A DNA stretch of 64,000 nt, taken from contig NC_043017.1 in the NCBI RefSeq assembly GCF_006345805.1, positions 26,846,001-26,910,000 on the forward strand, given 5' to 3'. Below the pieces are notes generated by a model. That model was not told the origin of the DNA and did no database searches. It saw nothing but the letters and a program-made list of their open reading frames with translations. This document shows positions 1-12,747 of the stretch, one piece after another; the first letter of the stretch is position 1; each line of letters starts with the position of its first letter. The position numbers and the translations under genes are program-made. Origin of the DNA: Octopus sinensis. Taxonomy: Eukaryota.

Positions 1-1093
1 TGAATTTACTAATCAGCGTCTGAGTATCCCACTCCACGTATAAACATAATTTATTCCTAATACAGAATCAAGTATTGTTTTTTTTCTCAATTAATATTCG
101 GAATAAGCCGATGGATATCCACAACTTGCCATCTACACAATTACCGTTAGTATTAAGGATGATACAAGGTATTGACAAATGTCACTTGTTCAAATTACTA
201 CAGGGTGAGATCGAGCCCATGAGCATAGTATTCTCAAGAGAATGTATTATCCCCTTCTCAATATTTCTGTTCACATACAGCTACCTGGTAGAGTAGACAG
301 CGTTAAGAGATTCGCAGTCTTGTTTCTTCTTTTCTGTATATGCATGCCAGGAGAGAATCATTTCATTGTGATGAATTTGGCAGAAAGCGAACCATGACGT
401 AAAATATATTATTTTCCATGATTGAAAACGTACAAATATTGAGAAACAGAAACATACATAAAGGCCAATAATTTTTGCGTTGCACACTACAGGAAATTAA
501 ACATTGAAAACATGATGCATTACGTAACCATTCATTACAAAGATACGACAATGGCTAAAGCTATCTGTATAGCATTGGTTACATATTGGATACAAATGTT
601 TCTGTGTCACTTTGCTTCGAGGAACATTACAGAGAGATGGTTGTAGATGATAATTACGCATGAGAGATAGAGTTTTCCCGTGGTTGAATTACGAGGATTG
701 ACACCTCATCAGAAGCAAATCTAATTCTCTTATTATACCTAAATATTATTTATGTATGAAGAAATAACAAAAAAAAACAATTAATGAAAAAACATAAAGA
801 TACGAAGAACAACATTTATACCAGTGGCTATTGATAAAACACTGATTAGCATTGAAAACACAATAGACAGTGATAGATAGGGGTTATGATATGAAAACTA
901 GAAGAAAATACAACAACAACGATAGCCACGTAAATGATGCCTATAATTCGATCTGATATTAGTAGTTACTGTTGTAATCACAATAACAACAACAACAATA
1001 TCGACAACAACAATAGCAATACTAGTATTACAACGTTAAAGTAAGAATATCATAGAAATGAATATGTATATATGTATGTGTTAATACATATGC

Positions 1094-1117
1094 ATGCATA
1101 CATATATACATGCATAC

Positions 1118-1167
<50 letters not shown>

Positions 1168-1245
1168 TTCTGGTGTCCTTTCTCGAGCCACAGGACCATG
1201 TGGCTCCACATACACACACACAGACACACACAGATACACACACAT

Positions 1246-1289
<44 letters not shown>

Positions 1290-1325
1290 GTATATATATA
1301 TACATACACATAAACGCATACACAC
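1094..1325. repeat. Compound (TA)n/(CATA)n/(CA)n microsatellite tract
   Basis: Direct reading; one of dozens of similar tracts across the window. Confidence 0.95.
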
Positions 1326-2432
1326 AATGGAACACACGTACACTAGGTATGATTTCGGTAGTTCGTGGGTCGGTGGTTGTTTCTGGATTATGAGACTATA
1401 ACCTCTAAGCCCCTGGTGGGAAAAACACATGAAAGTAAGTCACAGTCAAGTGGGGCAACTCGTATCAGTTTCTTTCCCGATGTGACGGATATCGACGTTT
1501 CGTTAGGCTTTTAACTTATGAATGACGATTCCTGAACCAGGACCGCTGCAAGGCATATGGCCAAATATGACTATAAGCTCAATGTTTCAGGCACCATCTG
1601 TTGGTTTGTCACGGAAGATAATTCAAATACGAATTAGATGTAACTCGAGGTTAAACGAATGCTCAGAGGGTATATATTCTCTTACGCCTAAAAAAACAGA
1701 ACCTACCTATGAACTAACAACTTACATAACTTGTGTATGTGTGCTCGATGTTGCTTATTTTCTCCCAAGCTGTTTGGAAGTTATATTTTATTATATAAGC
1801 ATATACATCACACACACAGACACACACATATCATTCCCTAGATTACTTCAAAACAAAGAGTTACATAACGCAATACTAAAATATTTTAGAGCTGGGAATA
1901 TTTCTAAATATGTATATAATTTCCGAAAGAATACAAGCGGCTGTGAATCATTGCTATAAACGTGTTCAAAAGAATCGATCTTTAGTAAATTTTTAAATGC
2001 ATTTATATAATGATAACAAGTTTTGAACAGAGCTAACATAAATAAAATGTGTTTAAGACATTGTAATATCGTTTGACCAAACCAAAATTATATATCTCTA
2101 TTATTGTCGGTATACGTGGAGTGTTATTACATTGCTTATTTTGTGCGATTAGATAATAGCTTTAGATTCTTTTCAAGTTCCCCCTCTCTTTCACTTTCCG
2201 TCTGTCTCTTTATTTTTACCTATCTCCGCATATATCTGTTTATTTTATAAAGCATATGTGAGTATAGATCCATATTACGTTTCTAGGTTTGAATATATAC
2301 ATGTATGTATGTGTCTGTGTCTGTGTGCGTCTGCATACAATTATGAAAACATTCACAGGTGGACATCGAAGCGAACCAATCGTTTTCGAGATGAAATATG
2401 CAAGTACATATGTGCTGACACCCATTCATATA

Positions 2433-2464
<32 letters not shown>

Positions 2465-2619
2465 GCATTTATACAAGCATAAACATACATGTACATATTC
2501 ATATATGTAAAGATATGCATTGATGCCAGTGCCTATAAATGTGTGTGCACCTATATTTTACACCTTCATATATGCATAAATGCACACACACACACACACA
2601 CACATAATAGGTCGCTAGC

Positions 2620-2795
2620 CACTACACATTCTTTATTTTCTCTCCTTGTTTTTTCTGTGTTCCTTTCTGTGGAAGAGCGTAGGAGCGAAACGTTAAAGCC
2701 TTTTTCATTTCCCAAGCGTTATAATAATACATATGTTGTCTAAATCACCTGTCTTCGTCTTTAGTTCTTTTTCTTATGAATTCTCCCTATATACA
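2620..2795 (+). mobile_element. Interspersed repeat with hammerhead-like motif (Penelope-like LTR/terminal remnant), copy 1
   Basis: ctttCTGTGGAaGAGCgtagGAGCGAAAcgttaaag at 2662-2699; homologous to 16325-16515, 32200-32345 and 39550-39745; 3' end abuts TA/CATA repeats. Confidence 0.55.
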
Positions 2796-2817
2796 TACAT
2801 ACATACATTTTCGTTTG

Positions 2818-3115
2818 TTTGTTCCTTCTCGAGCCATACCCGGCACATAAGGGCCGGCTTCCTGGTTTCTTGGCGTATAGGTTCCCCACCTGGACGGGAC
2901 GCCGGTCCGTCGAAGGTGAGCTGCAAGATGCTGGAGGAAAGAGTGAGACAAAGCTATGGCGAAAGAGTCAGCAGAGGTTCGCCACTTCTTTCTGCCGGTG
3001 CCGCGTGGAGCTTAGGTGTTTCGCTCATAAACACGCACATCGCCCGGTCTTATTTGAACCCGCGATCCCTCGACCGCGAGTCCGCTGCTCTAACCACTAG
3101 GCAATGTGCCTCCAC
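2818..3115 (-). mobile_element. tRNA-headed SINE, SINE-A-like head with alternative 3' module
   Basis: Minus strand reads gtggaggcacattgcctagtggttagagcagcggactcgcgg...gggttcaaat (A/B boxes); 3' part ccggcgtcccgtccagg...gaaacc resembles the tails of the 21381 and 26511 copies. Confidence 0.8.
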
Positions 3116-3147
3116 TTACACATATATTTATACGCTTGTGTGTGTGT

Positions 3148-3279
3148 GACGGGCTTCTTTAATTATCCGTCTACCAAATCCACTGTCAAGACTGTAGCTC
3201 AAGATTCCACGCAGTGGGACTTAACCAGGAACCATGTGGTTAATAAGCAAGATACTTACCATACAGCCACTCCTGCGCC
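3148..3279 (-). mobile_element. SINE-B 5' (tRNA-like head) fragment
   Basis: Reverse complement ggcgcaggagtggctgtatggtaagtatcttgc...accacatggttcc...gtcccactgcgtgg matches the other SINE-B heads. Confidence 0.8.
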
Positions 3280-4339
3280 GATCTGTTTATGCATATATAT
3301 ATATGTGAGTGTGTGTGCGTGCGTGTGTGTGTTTGTGTGTCTGTGTATGTGTGTGAATATATATATACACACACATACAGAGACACAAATACATATATAT
3401 GTGTTTGTACATGTGTTTATTCGTCCACATATGAGTATATACACTTATGAAAATGTATATCTACGTCTGTTTGTAATGTATGTGCGTGTGTTTTTGTGTA
3501 TGTGTGTGTGCATGTGCGTCTCTCTCCTTCTCTCTCTGTCTCTTGCTCTCCCTCATTCTCCATCTATTTGTCAGTCTAACTCTCCGTTGCACATTTGCAA
3601 CGCTTTTCTTTTTGGATTTCATTAACGGCAACAAATCTAAGTTATGTATTTATAAAGGAAACAATAAATACCGAAATAGAGTACTATAGTGAAAATAAAT
3701 CGAAATAAAACGATGAGAAATATTTCCATTAAAACTTTAATTAAGATTAACATCGATAATATGGGAATAATTTGAAACAAGAGAATCAAGTAGAAAGAAT
3801 ATTGAAAATCATCATTGCAGATCATCTAGCATTAATCTCTCTGAGAGAAATCCATTAGCACATTAATGATATGTTTTCCGATTACAAATATGGCGGAAAT
3901 TAATTAAACAGTCTCATCACAAACATCATCGATATTATATTGAAGTATCAATAATAAAAAAAAAGAAAGAAAAAATTTGAAACACCGACACGTCAATCAC
4001 CAATGACGAATATCACGAATATAGTTAACGAATTCTCACAGACAGACACACACAAGCATTCAATAACTGATGGTATGAAATCTCGAAACTGCAAACATCA
4101 AGGGGAAAAATATGTATAAATCTAAATGAGCATCAAGTTGAGAGAGTAATGTAGTGTAAGCTATTTATAGGATAATTACAATTGCAAATATTGAAATTCA
4201 TTGGTATTTGCGCACTACGAAACGACTGATGCTATAATTCCTATAAATGTGTGAGTGTGTGTGTGGGTATATATATATATACATACATGTATACATACAA
4301 ACGCACAATACAAAGTATATGCAAGCATACGTATATATA

Positions 4340-4389
<50 letters not shown>

Positions 4390-4579
4390 TATATATATGG
4401 AAGTACATACATGCATATTACAAACACACAATTACAAAGTATATGCAAGCATACGTATATATATATATATATATATATAAATATGTATATATATCTATAC
4501 ATATATGAATGTATAGATATATAGATATATATATATATATAATATATATATAATATATATATATATATACATATATGAA

Positions 4580-4627
<48 letters not shown>

Positions 4628-4982
4628 GATATATATACATACATATATAGATACAAATATATGACTGTGTGTATATATATGTGTGTGTACATACGCACAT
4701 ACGTATGTATATATTTATGTTTATATCTGTTCATTGGTTCAAATATTTGACAGAGTGCAAGTGAGATTGGGAATGGGGGAGACGTTGGTGACATGGACCT
4801 CAGTGTTCGACTGGTAATTATTGTAGCATTCTTGGACGGGGGAAGGACAGAGTCAACCGAGGGAGAAATTTAGCTCAGATCGCAATTTGAATTTAGGACT
4901 CAGGATCTTTCATTATCATGCTAACGATTCTGTTAGCTGATCGGAAGACGTAATCGAAAGTTCTGGCCTTGTGTGTATACTC

Positions 4983-5369
4983 TTTCTCTTTTACTCTTTT
5001 ACTTGTTTCACTCATTTGACTGCGGCCATGCTGGAGCACCACCTTTAATCGAGCAACTTATTCTTTGTAAGCCCAGTAATTATTCTATCGGTCTCTTTTG
5101 CCGAACCGCTAGTGACGGGGGCGTAAACACACTAGCATCAGTTGTCAAGCAATGCTAGGGGGACATACAGACACACAAACAAACACGCACACATATATAT
5201 ATATAGAGAGACACATATATACGAAGGGATTCTTTCAGTTTCCGTATACCAAAATCCACTCACAAGGTTTTGGTCGGCCCGAGGCTATAGTAGAAAACAT
5301 CTGCCCAAGGTGGCACGCAGTGGGACTGAACCCGGAAAATGTGGTTGGTAAGCAAGCCACTCTTGCGCC
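4983..5369 (-). mobile_element. SINE-B, near full length
   Basis: Head at 5369, internal (TA)/(CA) tract, tail gactgcggccatgctggagcacc and (AAAAGAGT)n-type end; homologous to about 10 other copies. Confidence 0.9.
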
Positions 5370-5403
<34 letters not shown>

Positions 5404-5948
5404 CACTGACGTTCACGGTAATTCCCGGGAAGCGGGGCTTATCCCTTGGTGCTGTTCTCATAATTGTTTCGCTAATCCAATAACCCTTAAAACGGTTTTT
5501 ATGCATTTATGAGTGTCACCTTTACAATTCCATTGATACTGGACTCGACATCGATGAAGCTGGTTTAATCTTTGAATAGTCTAACACCAATTGGCCTCTC
5601 ACCTCACAACTTGCACCTCAAGATTTAGGCACCAGCTATGCTGCCTCGAACATCGATGTATATATATATTATATATATATTATATATATATATGCACATA
5701 CACGCTTTAGCACGCTCAGTAATACATGATGCGGTGAGGATATACATAGTTTTACACACCATCAATCCTACACAAACTGGCACAGAGGCAGGTTAAAAAA
5801 TAACCATATACATGCCTGGAAACGCATATACATTAACATTTGAAGGGCCTGCAATTATTGTAAAAAAGTACAATAATACACATTCGTACGTATACACACA
5901 CAAACACCATCACACCCATATGCCTATGAATATCTCTCCCCCTCTCTC

Positions 5949-5990
<42 letters not shown>

Positions 5991-6045
5991 ATATACACAC
6001 GCGCGCATACGCCTACACAGACGCATAAATATATTTTCATGATTC

Positions 6046-6165
6046 ATTTTCCTTGCGTCAACTTTTGAAAGGAAGTGTCATTATTGATTTTGATCTAACG
6101 ACCCAGATGACACGAAATGTCTAATCGAAACGCTAAAACCGTTGTTAACATTTCTTATTCTTATT
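6046..6165. repeat. Unclassified dispersed repeat, copy 1
   Basis: ttttgaaaggaagtgtca...gatctaacgaccc...gaaatgtctaat...aaccgttgttaacatt aligns with 8810-8940. Confidence 0.7.
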
Positions 6166-7075
6166 GTGGTCTTTTAAATCTTTTATTTCATGGTTTTCCT
6201 GACACTGGTCTCCATTTTCTCTATTTCACCTAGAGTTATATTTATGTCTGTATATTGTATCTTGTATTTGCCTCTTATATATTTCCTTATTTTTCTGTTA
6301 CTGTACGCCTGAGTTATGTCACTTCTCTGATCAGTACACAGCACGTAGTTTTGTGTCCTTACGTATTTTATTATCTTATATTATTCATATTACGCCTACA
6401 ATACTCAACGTGGAATGCAGTAAATCCTTCTTACAAGATTACGTTTTTTTTCTTCTTTATGACGATGTTTAGCGGTAATGACATTTGCAGAGAAATATTT
6501 GGAGGATCCACTTACAACAAACCTTTGAGATGTTTGACATCTCTTACTAAGCTTATCTTAATTTAGAATCATTTATTTACATTGTCACGTTTTACATTGC
6601 CAACATATTATTGCCTATTGATCGCAGTTCATTAATGTTACAACATCTACGATATTAAAAGCTGCTGCTGTTTTCTCTCTTTCCCTGAAATCCGATTTAC
6701 ATAGAGATTGCATTCGATGTGTAAGCTGTATTTGTTGGACAATACGTCCCTCCATTTTACGTCACTGATCTCCTTGCAGTCCTTAGATCCCGAAGTCATT
6801 ATTTCACACCGATATTTCCTTTTCACATCTACTTTGAAGTGTAATTACATCCCGGATCGACACGTGTTCAAGCTGAATACTATTTGTGTTATCACAGCGT
6901 TAATAACGGATGTACTGCAAGGCGCAGTTATTCGACTTCGCTTCTTCAAACTAACGTATCTAAATGATGCAAAGTAGAAAGTCTCTCCTCAAACAGAGAT
7001 ATCATATACACACACATACACACTCATATATACATACACATATATATATATGTATATATATATTTATATACACAC

Positions 7076-7132
<57 letters not shown>

Positions 7133-7442
7133 ATTAGGGAATAAATCCAAACTTACAGGGAAAACTTAAATTTACGATTAAATCCAATTTTATAGTATAA
7201 ATATATATATTATATCATATTATGTTTGATTTGCCTAATAGTGGTTTTATCTCTAATTTAATATATAATATATATATATATATTATATATATATATAATA
7301 TATATATATATAATATATATATATATGTGTGTGTGTGGTGTGTGTGTGTGTGTGTGTGTATACATATATATATAGATATAGATATATAGAAGGTTAGATA
7401 CATATACGCAAACATATTACATATGTATATACATATTTATAT

Positions 7443-7491
<49 letters not shown>

Positions 7492-8091
7492 AGTATACAT
7501 GTATTTACATATATACATATATATATGTATATTTTATATATATAGATGCATATATATATGTATATATACATACATATACACACACACACATTTATATATA
7601 TATATACATATGTGTGTAAATGTGTGTGTGTGTCCATCGCTCCACCTTTAGCTCTCACTATTTGTGTCTTGGTGTCGGATGGAATCCCAACCGCGACCTA
7701 TTGAGACTAGGTGTATTATCAAACAATTTCCTTCTTGGTGTACGGACTTGGTTTTCTGATACTAAGCTTGTACAATGCACCGTGCACCGTTATCACCAAA
7801 CTGGTAGATTTTCATTGCAATTAAGTAGCGGCTCGACCTGGAGAGACAGTCTGATTGATCCCCAATGATGGTGCATTGTCAGGTAATTTTATTCCGGAGA
7901 CTCTTCACATTACCCTCAACTCACCTCCGCCGCTAGAATTTGAGATCACACACTTTCGATTATTATTGAGAGACTTAGTGTATCTTCCCAGCCAATCTTG
8001 TTGCCTTCAAAACACCGATCTTAGCTGGTGGCCAGCATGAGAATAAAAAGCATTCCAAGGTGATCATTATTTAAAATTATAAACTATGGTA

Positions 8092-8280
8092 ACTGAGCGA
8101 TACCACAATGCCTGAAATAGCAGTCAAAACTTTACTCTAAAACCACATTAAATGTTCATATAGCAACAGGAGGGAAGACAAAGGGACAAAATAAACTCGG
8201 AATGAACTACTATATGAACATTTAATGTGGTTTAAAGTCAAGGTTTGACTGCTATTTCCAGCGTGGTGGTATCTCTTAGC
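8092..8280. mobile_element. Foldback / MITE-like element with ~65-70 bp inverted arms
   Basis: Left arm 8099-8163 (gataccac...gaaatagcagtcaaa...aaaccacattaaatgttcatatag) is the near reverse complement of 8210-8273; ~46-nt purine-rich spacer. Confidence 0.75.
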
Positions 8281-8310
8281 TATCCTAAATTATAATCTAT
8301 ATATATATAG

Positions 8311-8373
<63 letters not shown>

Positions 8374-8553
8374 TGTGTATATGTGTATGTAAGCGAGTGT
8401 GTGTTTATGTTACACATGTATGCTCGTATGTGGGCGTGGTCGTATGCACATGTATATTTATGATATATATGAATGCATATGCACATATATATTATATATA
8501 TATGTATATATACATATGCATGTATGTATATATATATATATGTACATATGTAC

Positions 8554-8662
<109 letters not shown>

Positions 8663-8809
8663 ATATTATATATATATGGAAGGAGAGAGATTGTGGGGAG
8701 AGCGAGAGAGAGAGATAGAATTAAACTGAGCTGATGTCCAATAGCTGAAAGAATTTAAAAAAAGGAAAAAAATAATATATATTTATTATCTAGTTTTCCT
8801 GTCATATTT

Positions 8810-8940
8810 CATTTTCTCCTTTGTATTTCAAGTCAGGTTTTGAAAGAAAATGTCAATGTTCATTTGGATCTAATGACCCGAATGTCATGAAATGTCTAAT
8901 GAAAATGTTGAAACCGTTGTTAACATTCATTTATTTTTTC
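8810..8940. repeat. Unclassified dispersed repeat, copy 2
   Basis: Aligns with 6046-6165 in the same orientation. Confidence 0.7.
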
Positions 8941-9019
8941 ATATATTTTTTACGTTTAATATATCATTACTTTTCGTATCGTTCGACGTAATTTTCTGTG
9001 TTGTTATTTCTTGTCTAAC

Positions 9020-9059
9020 GTTTATATTATTATTAATATCATTATTATTATATTATTAT

Positions 9060-9093
<34 letters not shown>

Positions 9094-9118
9094 TGTAGTA
9101 GTATTAGTATTTATTATG

Positions 9119-9186
<68 letters not shown>

Positions 9187-9307
9187 CATTATTATTATTA
9201 TTATTGTTATTATCATTATATTATTATTATATTATTATTATTAGTATTAGTATTATTAGTATTATTATTATTAGTATTTATTATGATTATGATTATTATT
9301 ATTATTA

Positions 9308-9345
<38 letters not shown>

Positions 9346-9360
9346 TGTATTATTATTAGC

Positions 9361-9405
<45 letters not shown>

Positions 9406-9510
9406 CATTATTATTATTATTATTATTGTTATTATCATTATTTTTATTATTATTATTATTATTATCGTTGTTGTTGTTGTTGTTATTGGGTTTGTTGTTG
9501 TTCTTATTAT
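9020..9510. repeat. Compound trinucleotide microsatellite (ATT)n/(AGT)n/(GTT)n
   Basis: Direct reading. Confidence 0.95.
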
Positions 9511-9708
9511 CACTTTTGTTTGTGGTCTACATTTTGTCCTCATAAATTATGTTACGTCGGTGTCATTTCCTCGTAACATCTCACTTAGAGTTTTGAGTCC
9601 AAAAGTAGATCACTTTTCTATCGTGTTTACCTTTGACATAAAACAAAATACATTCAATATGTTACTTCTCTCTCTCTCTCTCTCCCTCACTATATATATA
9701 TACACACA

Positions 9709-9740
<32 letters not shown>

Positions 9741-9748
9741 TACATATG

Positions 9749-9841
<93 letters not shown>

Positions 9842-10632
9842 CATATATGTATATAAAATGTTCTATTTCTCGCTCGAGCAAAAATTTACATGATCTATGG
9901 TAATATTTTCGTTTTTGACATTTTCGCGAAGACAGTAATTTGAAATATATATATTTTCTCATCTCTGATTTCTAAATTCTCTCTGTCTATGGACGGATCT
10001 TTAATCACAATAATTACACCAGGCTTGTTGTTAAAAGTACATTTTTGTTGACATATTTATGAAATGCGACCTACAATATGATTTGCATATATAGTTTTAT
10101 TCTATCTTTAAATGACGTGTCACTCGACTTCTTCTATTTCCTAGATTCTACACCGTAAACTTCACACTTATATCACATCCCCATATTTAGTTGCACCTTG
10201 AATGTCGCCTCTACTCGTATTGAGCACAGAAATATGGAATAGGGTTAACAGATGAGATCCAGAGGATCTCAGTAAAGAAAAAATTTGCAGAGCACAAATA
10301 ATTCAAAATTGGACTCAAATGTCTTTACGAGGGACAAATTCCGCTCGATAAAGAATGGCTATGAGAGAAATCAAGTGGAGCAGATATGCAAGCAGTTCTG
10401 CGGATCAACAAATTAAATATAACAGCCTTGATTTGGTATCAAAATTTGTATTCATACATATATGCAAATCGAGAGAAAGCAAATGCAAAACAGTTTCAAA
10501 CGATGAATATTCAAGTATATTGATATTGATATTAATAGTTCAAAATTACTTAATCAAATGACAGAGATAATTAAAGAGGAACAGCTACAGTAGTTTGTAC
10601 TCTCTGTCAGTTAGACCTATAAATATAAATAT

Positions 10633-11060
10633 CTCTTTTACTCTTTTACTCTTTCACTTGTTTCAGTCATTTGACTGCGGCCATGCTGGAGCACCGCCTT
10701 TAGTCGAACAAATCGACCCCCCAGGACTTATTCTTTGTAAGCCCAGTACTTATTCTATCGGTCTCTTTTGCCGAACCGCTAAGTGACGGGGACTTAAACA
10801 CACCAGCATCGGTTGTCAAGCCATGCTAGAGGGACAAACACAGACACACAAACACACACACACGCACATACATATATATATATATATACATATATACGAC
10901 AGGCTTCTTTCAGTTTCCGTCTACCAGATCCACTCACAAGACATTGGTCGGCCCGAGGCTATAGCAGAAGACACTTGCCCAAGGTGCCACGCAGTTGGGA
11001 CTGAACCCAGAACCATGTGGTTGGTAGGCAAGCTACTTACCACACAGCCACTCCTGTGCC
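10633..11060 (-). mobile_element. SINE-B, full length
   Basis: Head ends at 11060 (rc ggcacaggagtggctgtgtggtaagtagc), internal microsatellite, tail with tandem AAAAGAGT units. Confidence 0.92.
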
Positions 11061-11082
11061 TATCTATTTATTTGTGGTTAAA

Positions 11083-11980
11083 TATCAAGCTGAGGAAAAA
11101 GTAATCAACGTTTTGAAACGTGAAATTTATCTCAATATATTTCAACAATGTAGAAATTTTATTCATCAAATTAAGTACGATTACTATCAACACGTTTTTG
11201 TAAACGAGTTACAAGTTTTTTTTTTTATTCCAGTAACATAAAAAAATATGGAGTTCTGGAGCTAATTATCTCTTTGAAGGCACATACCGCATCGGTTTGA
11301 TTTTTCAACTCCTCTCCTAGGAAACCATCAACTTGATAGAAAAATTGACAGTGGGTAGGAGAATAGGAAATAAGCTGGGTGGAGAAGTACTTCGTAGCCA
11401 AGTTCCTTCAACTTGTGGACAAACATTCTCATGAAGAATGGTTGGACCTCTTCTGTTGACCAGTCTGAGACGGAGGAGTAGCAGATTTGCGTTAATTTTG
11501 TTAATTTCATGACAATATGTTTGTACAGTAATGATTTTTCCGGGTTTTAAGAAGTTATAGTGGAAGTGACCAGCAGTACATGACGAAACATTCTTTTTGA
11601 CGAGCTCAGGTTTAGGGAGGTTCTCTGTGTTTTATTTTGGCCTAGCCACAGCAATGAAGGTTTTTTTTTTTTTTTTTTTTTTTACTTTTGTACAAAATCC
11701 ACTTTTCATCCCAAGTTACAATACGGTCAACAAATGGATTGGTCTGGTTACGGAAAATAAGCGATGACCATATTTCATATCTGCTCATTTTCTGATTTTC
11801 ACTCAAATCGTGTGGTACCATTTTGTCGAGCGATTTTGATTTTCCGATCGCATAAAGATGGTTGCTGACAATTTTCTTGCGAACGTGAAGTTTTTGCCAG
11901 ATCTCGAGTAGTTTTACGTGGATCCTTCTCAATGATGGTCTTTAATTGACAGTCATCGATGACATATTTGCGTCCACTTA
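11083..11980 (-). pseudogene. Decayed mariner (Tc1/mariner DD34D-type) transposase with its 3' TIR
   Basis: Minus-strand frames give SGRKYVIDDCQLKTIIEKDPRKTTRDLA, VPHDLSENQK, PFVDRIVTWDEKWILY, NRRGPTILHEN and KLKELGYEVLLHPAY (WVPHEL, DEKW and HPPYSPDL-like motifs) with frameshifts; tatcaagctgaggaaaaagtaatcaacgtttt at 11083-11114 resembles Hsmar1-type TIRs (from memory). Confidence 0.88.
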
Positions 11981-12058
11981 CTCTCACACACACACGTGCG
12001 CATGCACATATATACATCAAAGGACAAAGAAAGAAAGAATAGATAAAGAGATAGATAA

Positions 12059-12669
12059 GTTTCTTTATTGGCCACACAGGACTGCACACAGATGGGACAA
12101 ATTACAAGGTAGAGCATATATTTTGGGGATGAAAAAAAACAAAAAAGCAAAAGAAACAAAAAAAAGTGGAGTAGGTTTTCGATCAAAAAGGACCGTAAAA
12201 GGGAAAAAAGAAGAAAAGAGAAAAAAAAAGGAAAGGAGAAAAGAAACAAAAGAAAAGAAAAAGGAAAAAAGAAAAAAGAGGAAAAAGGGGAAAAGGAAAA
12301 AAGAACGATCAATAAGGATCGTGTATCACAGTGTCATGATGTACGGTGTAAAGGGGGAAGCAGATAAGGTTTATCCGTGGGAAGAAAAGCCTCCGAAAAA
12401 GACCACGGTAACCTCGGTCAATATTGTTTTATGTTACCACATTTATTTGTAAGTGGGTAACTCCCTGTTTTTAATTTCTTGGTTCATAGGATTATGCTCA
12501 AGGTGGCTTCGTCATTCATACGTGCCATCCTTGCTACATTCACCCATCTTTTTTTAAAACATTCGCTAGACAAAACTTGCCTCTCTACTCTCACTTTCCT
12601 TTTCAAGTGGTACTTGAAGAAGTTGACGAGAGATTGACCAGAGAGGAAAGTGTTTGTCTCCAATCCTTT
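12059..12669 (-). mobile_element. 5'-truncated LINE 3' end, L1/Tx1-like (ORF2 C-terminus plus 3' UTR)
   Basis: Open frame 12669..12484: KGLETNTFLSGQSLVNFFKYHLKRKVRVERQVLSSECFKKRWVNVARMARMNDEATLSIIL*, then a pyrimidine-rich UTR ending ...gtgtgcagtcctgtgtggccaataaagaaac; clade assignment is inferred from the C-terminal F..RW pattern. Confidence 0.65.
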
Positions 12670-12671
12670 AG

Positions 12672-12672
12672 G

Positions 12673-12747
<75 letters not shown>
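12672..12747. repeat. (GATA)n microsatellite
   Basis: Direct reading; abuts the truncated 5' end of the LINE. Confidence 0.97.

Noticed and set aside
107-175. Peptide ADGYPQLAIYTITVSIKDD, reminiscent of a cadherin repeat end (octopus protocadherins are expanded)
   Set aside because: Only 22 codons, bounded by stops on both sides, lacking DxNDN and convincing splice sites; probably chance
685-720. CTGATGAGG on the minus strand
   Set aside because: No GAAA at the required position after stem II
1487-1532. Minus-strand GTTA-aaagcc-TAAC-GAAA-C-GTC, like the 3' half of a Penelope-type hammerhead
   Set aside because: The first core reads TTCATAA (3 mismatches to CTGATGA) and stem I is out of register; at best a dead remnant
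7620-8040. Complex, moderately GC-rich block with two short ORFs
   Set aside because: No recognisable protein motif in the frames I translated, and multiple stops; maybe an old TE fragment but unsupported
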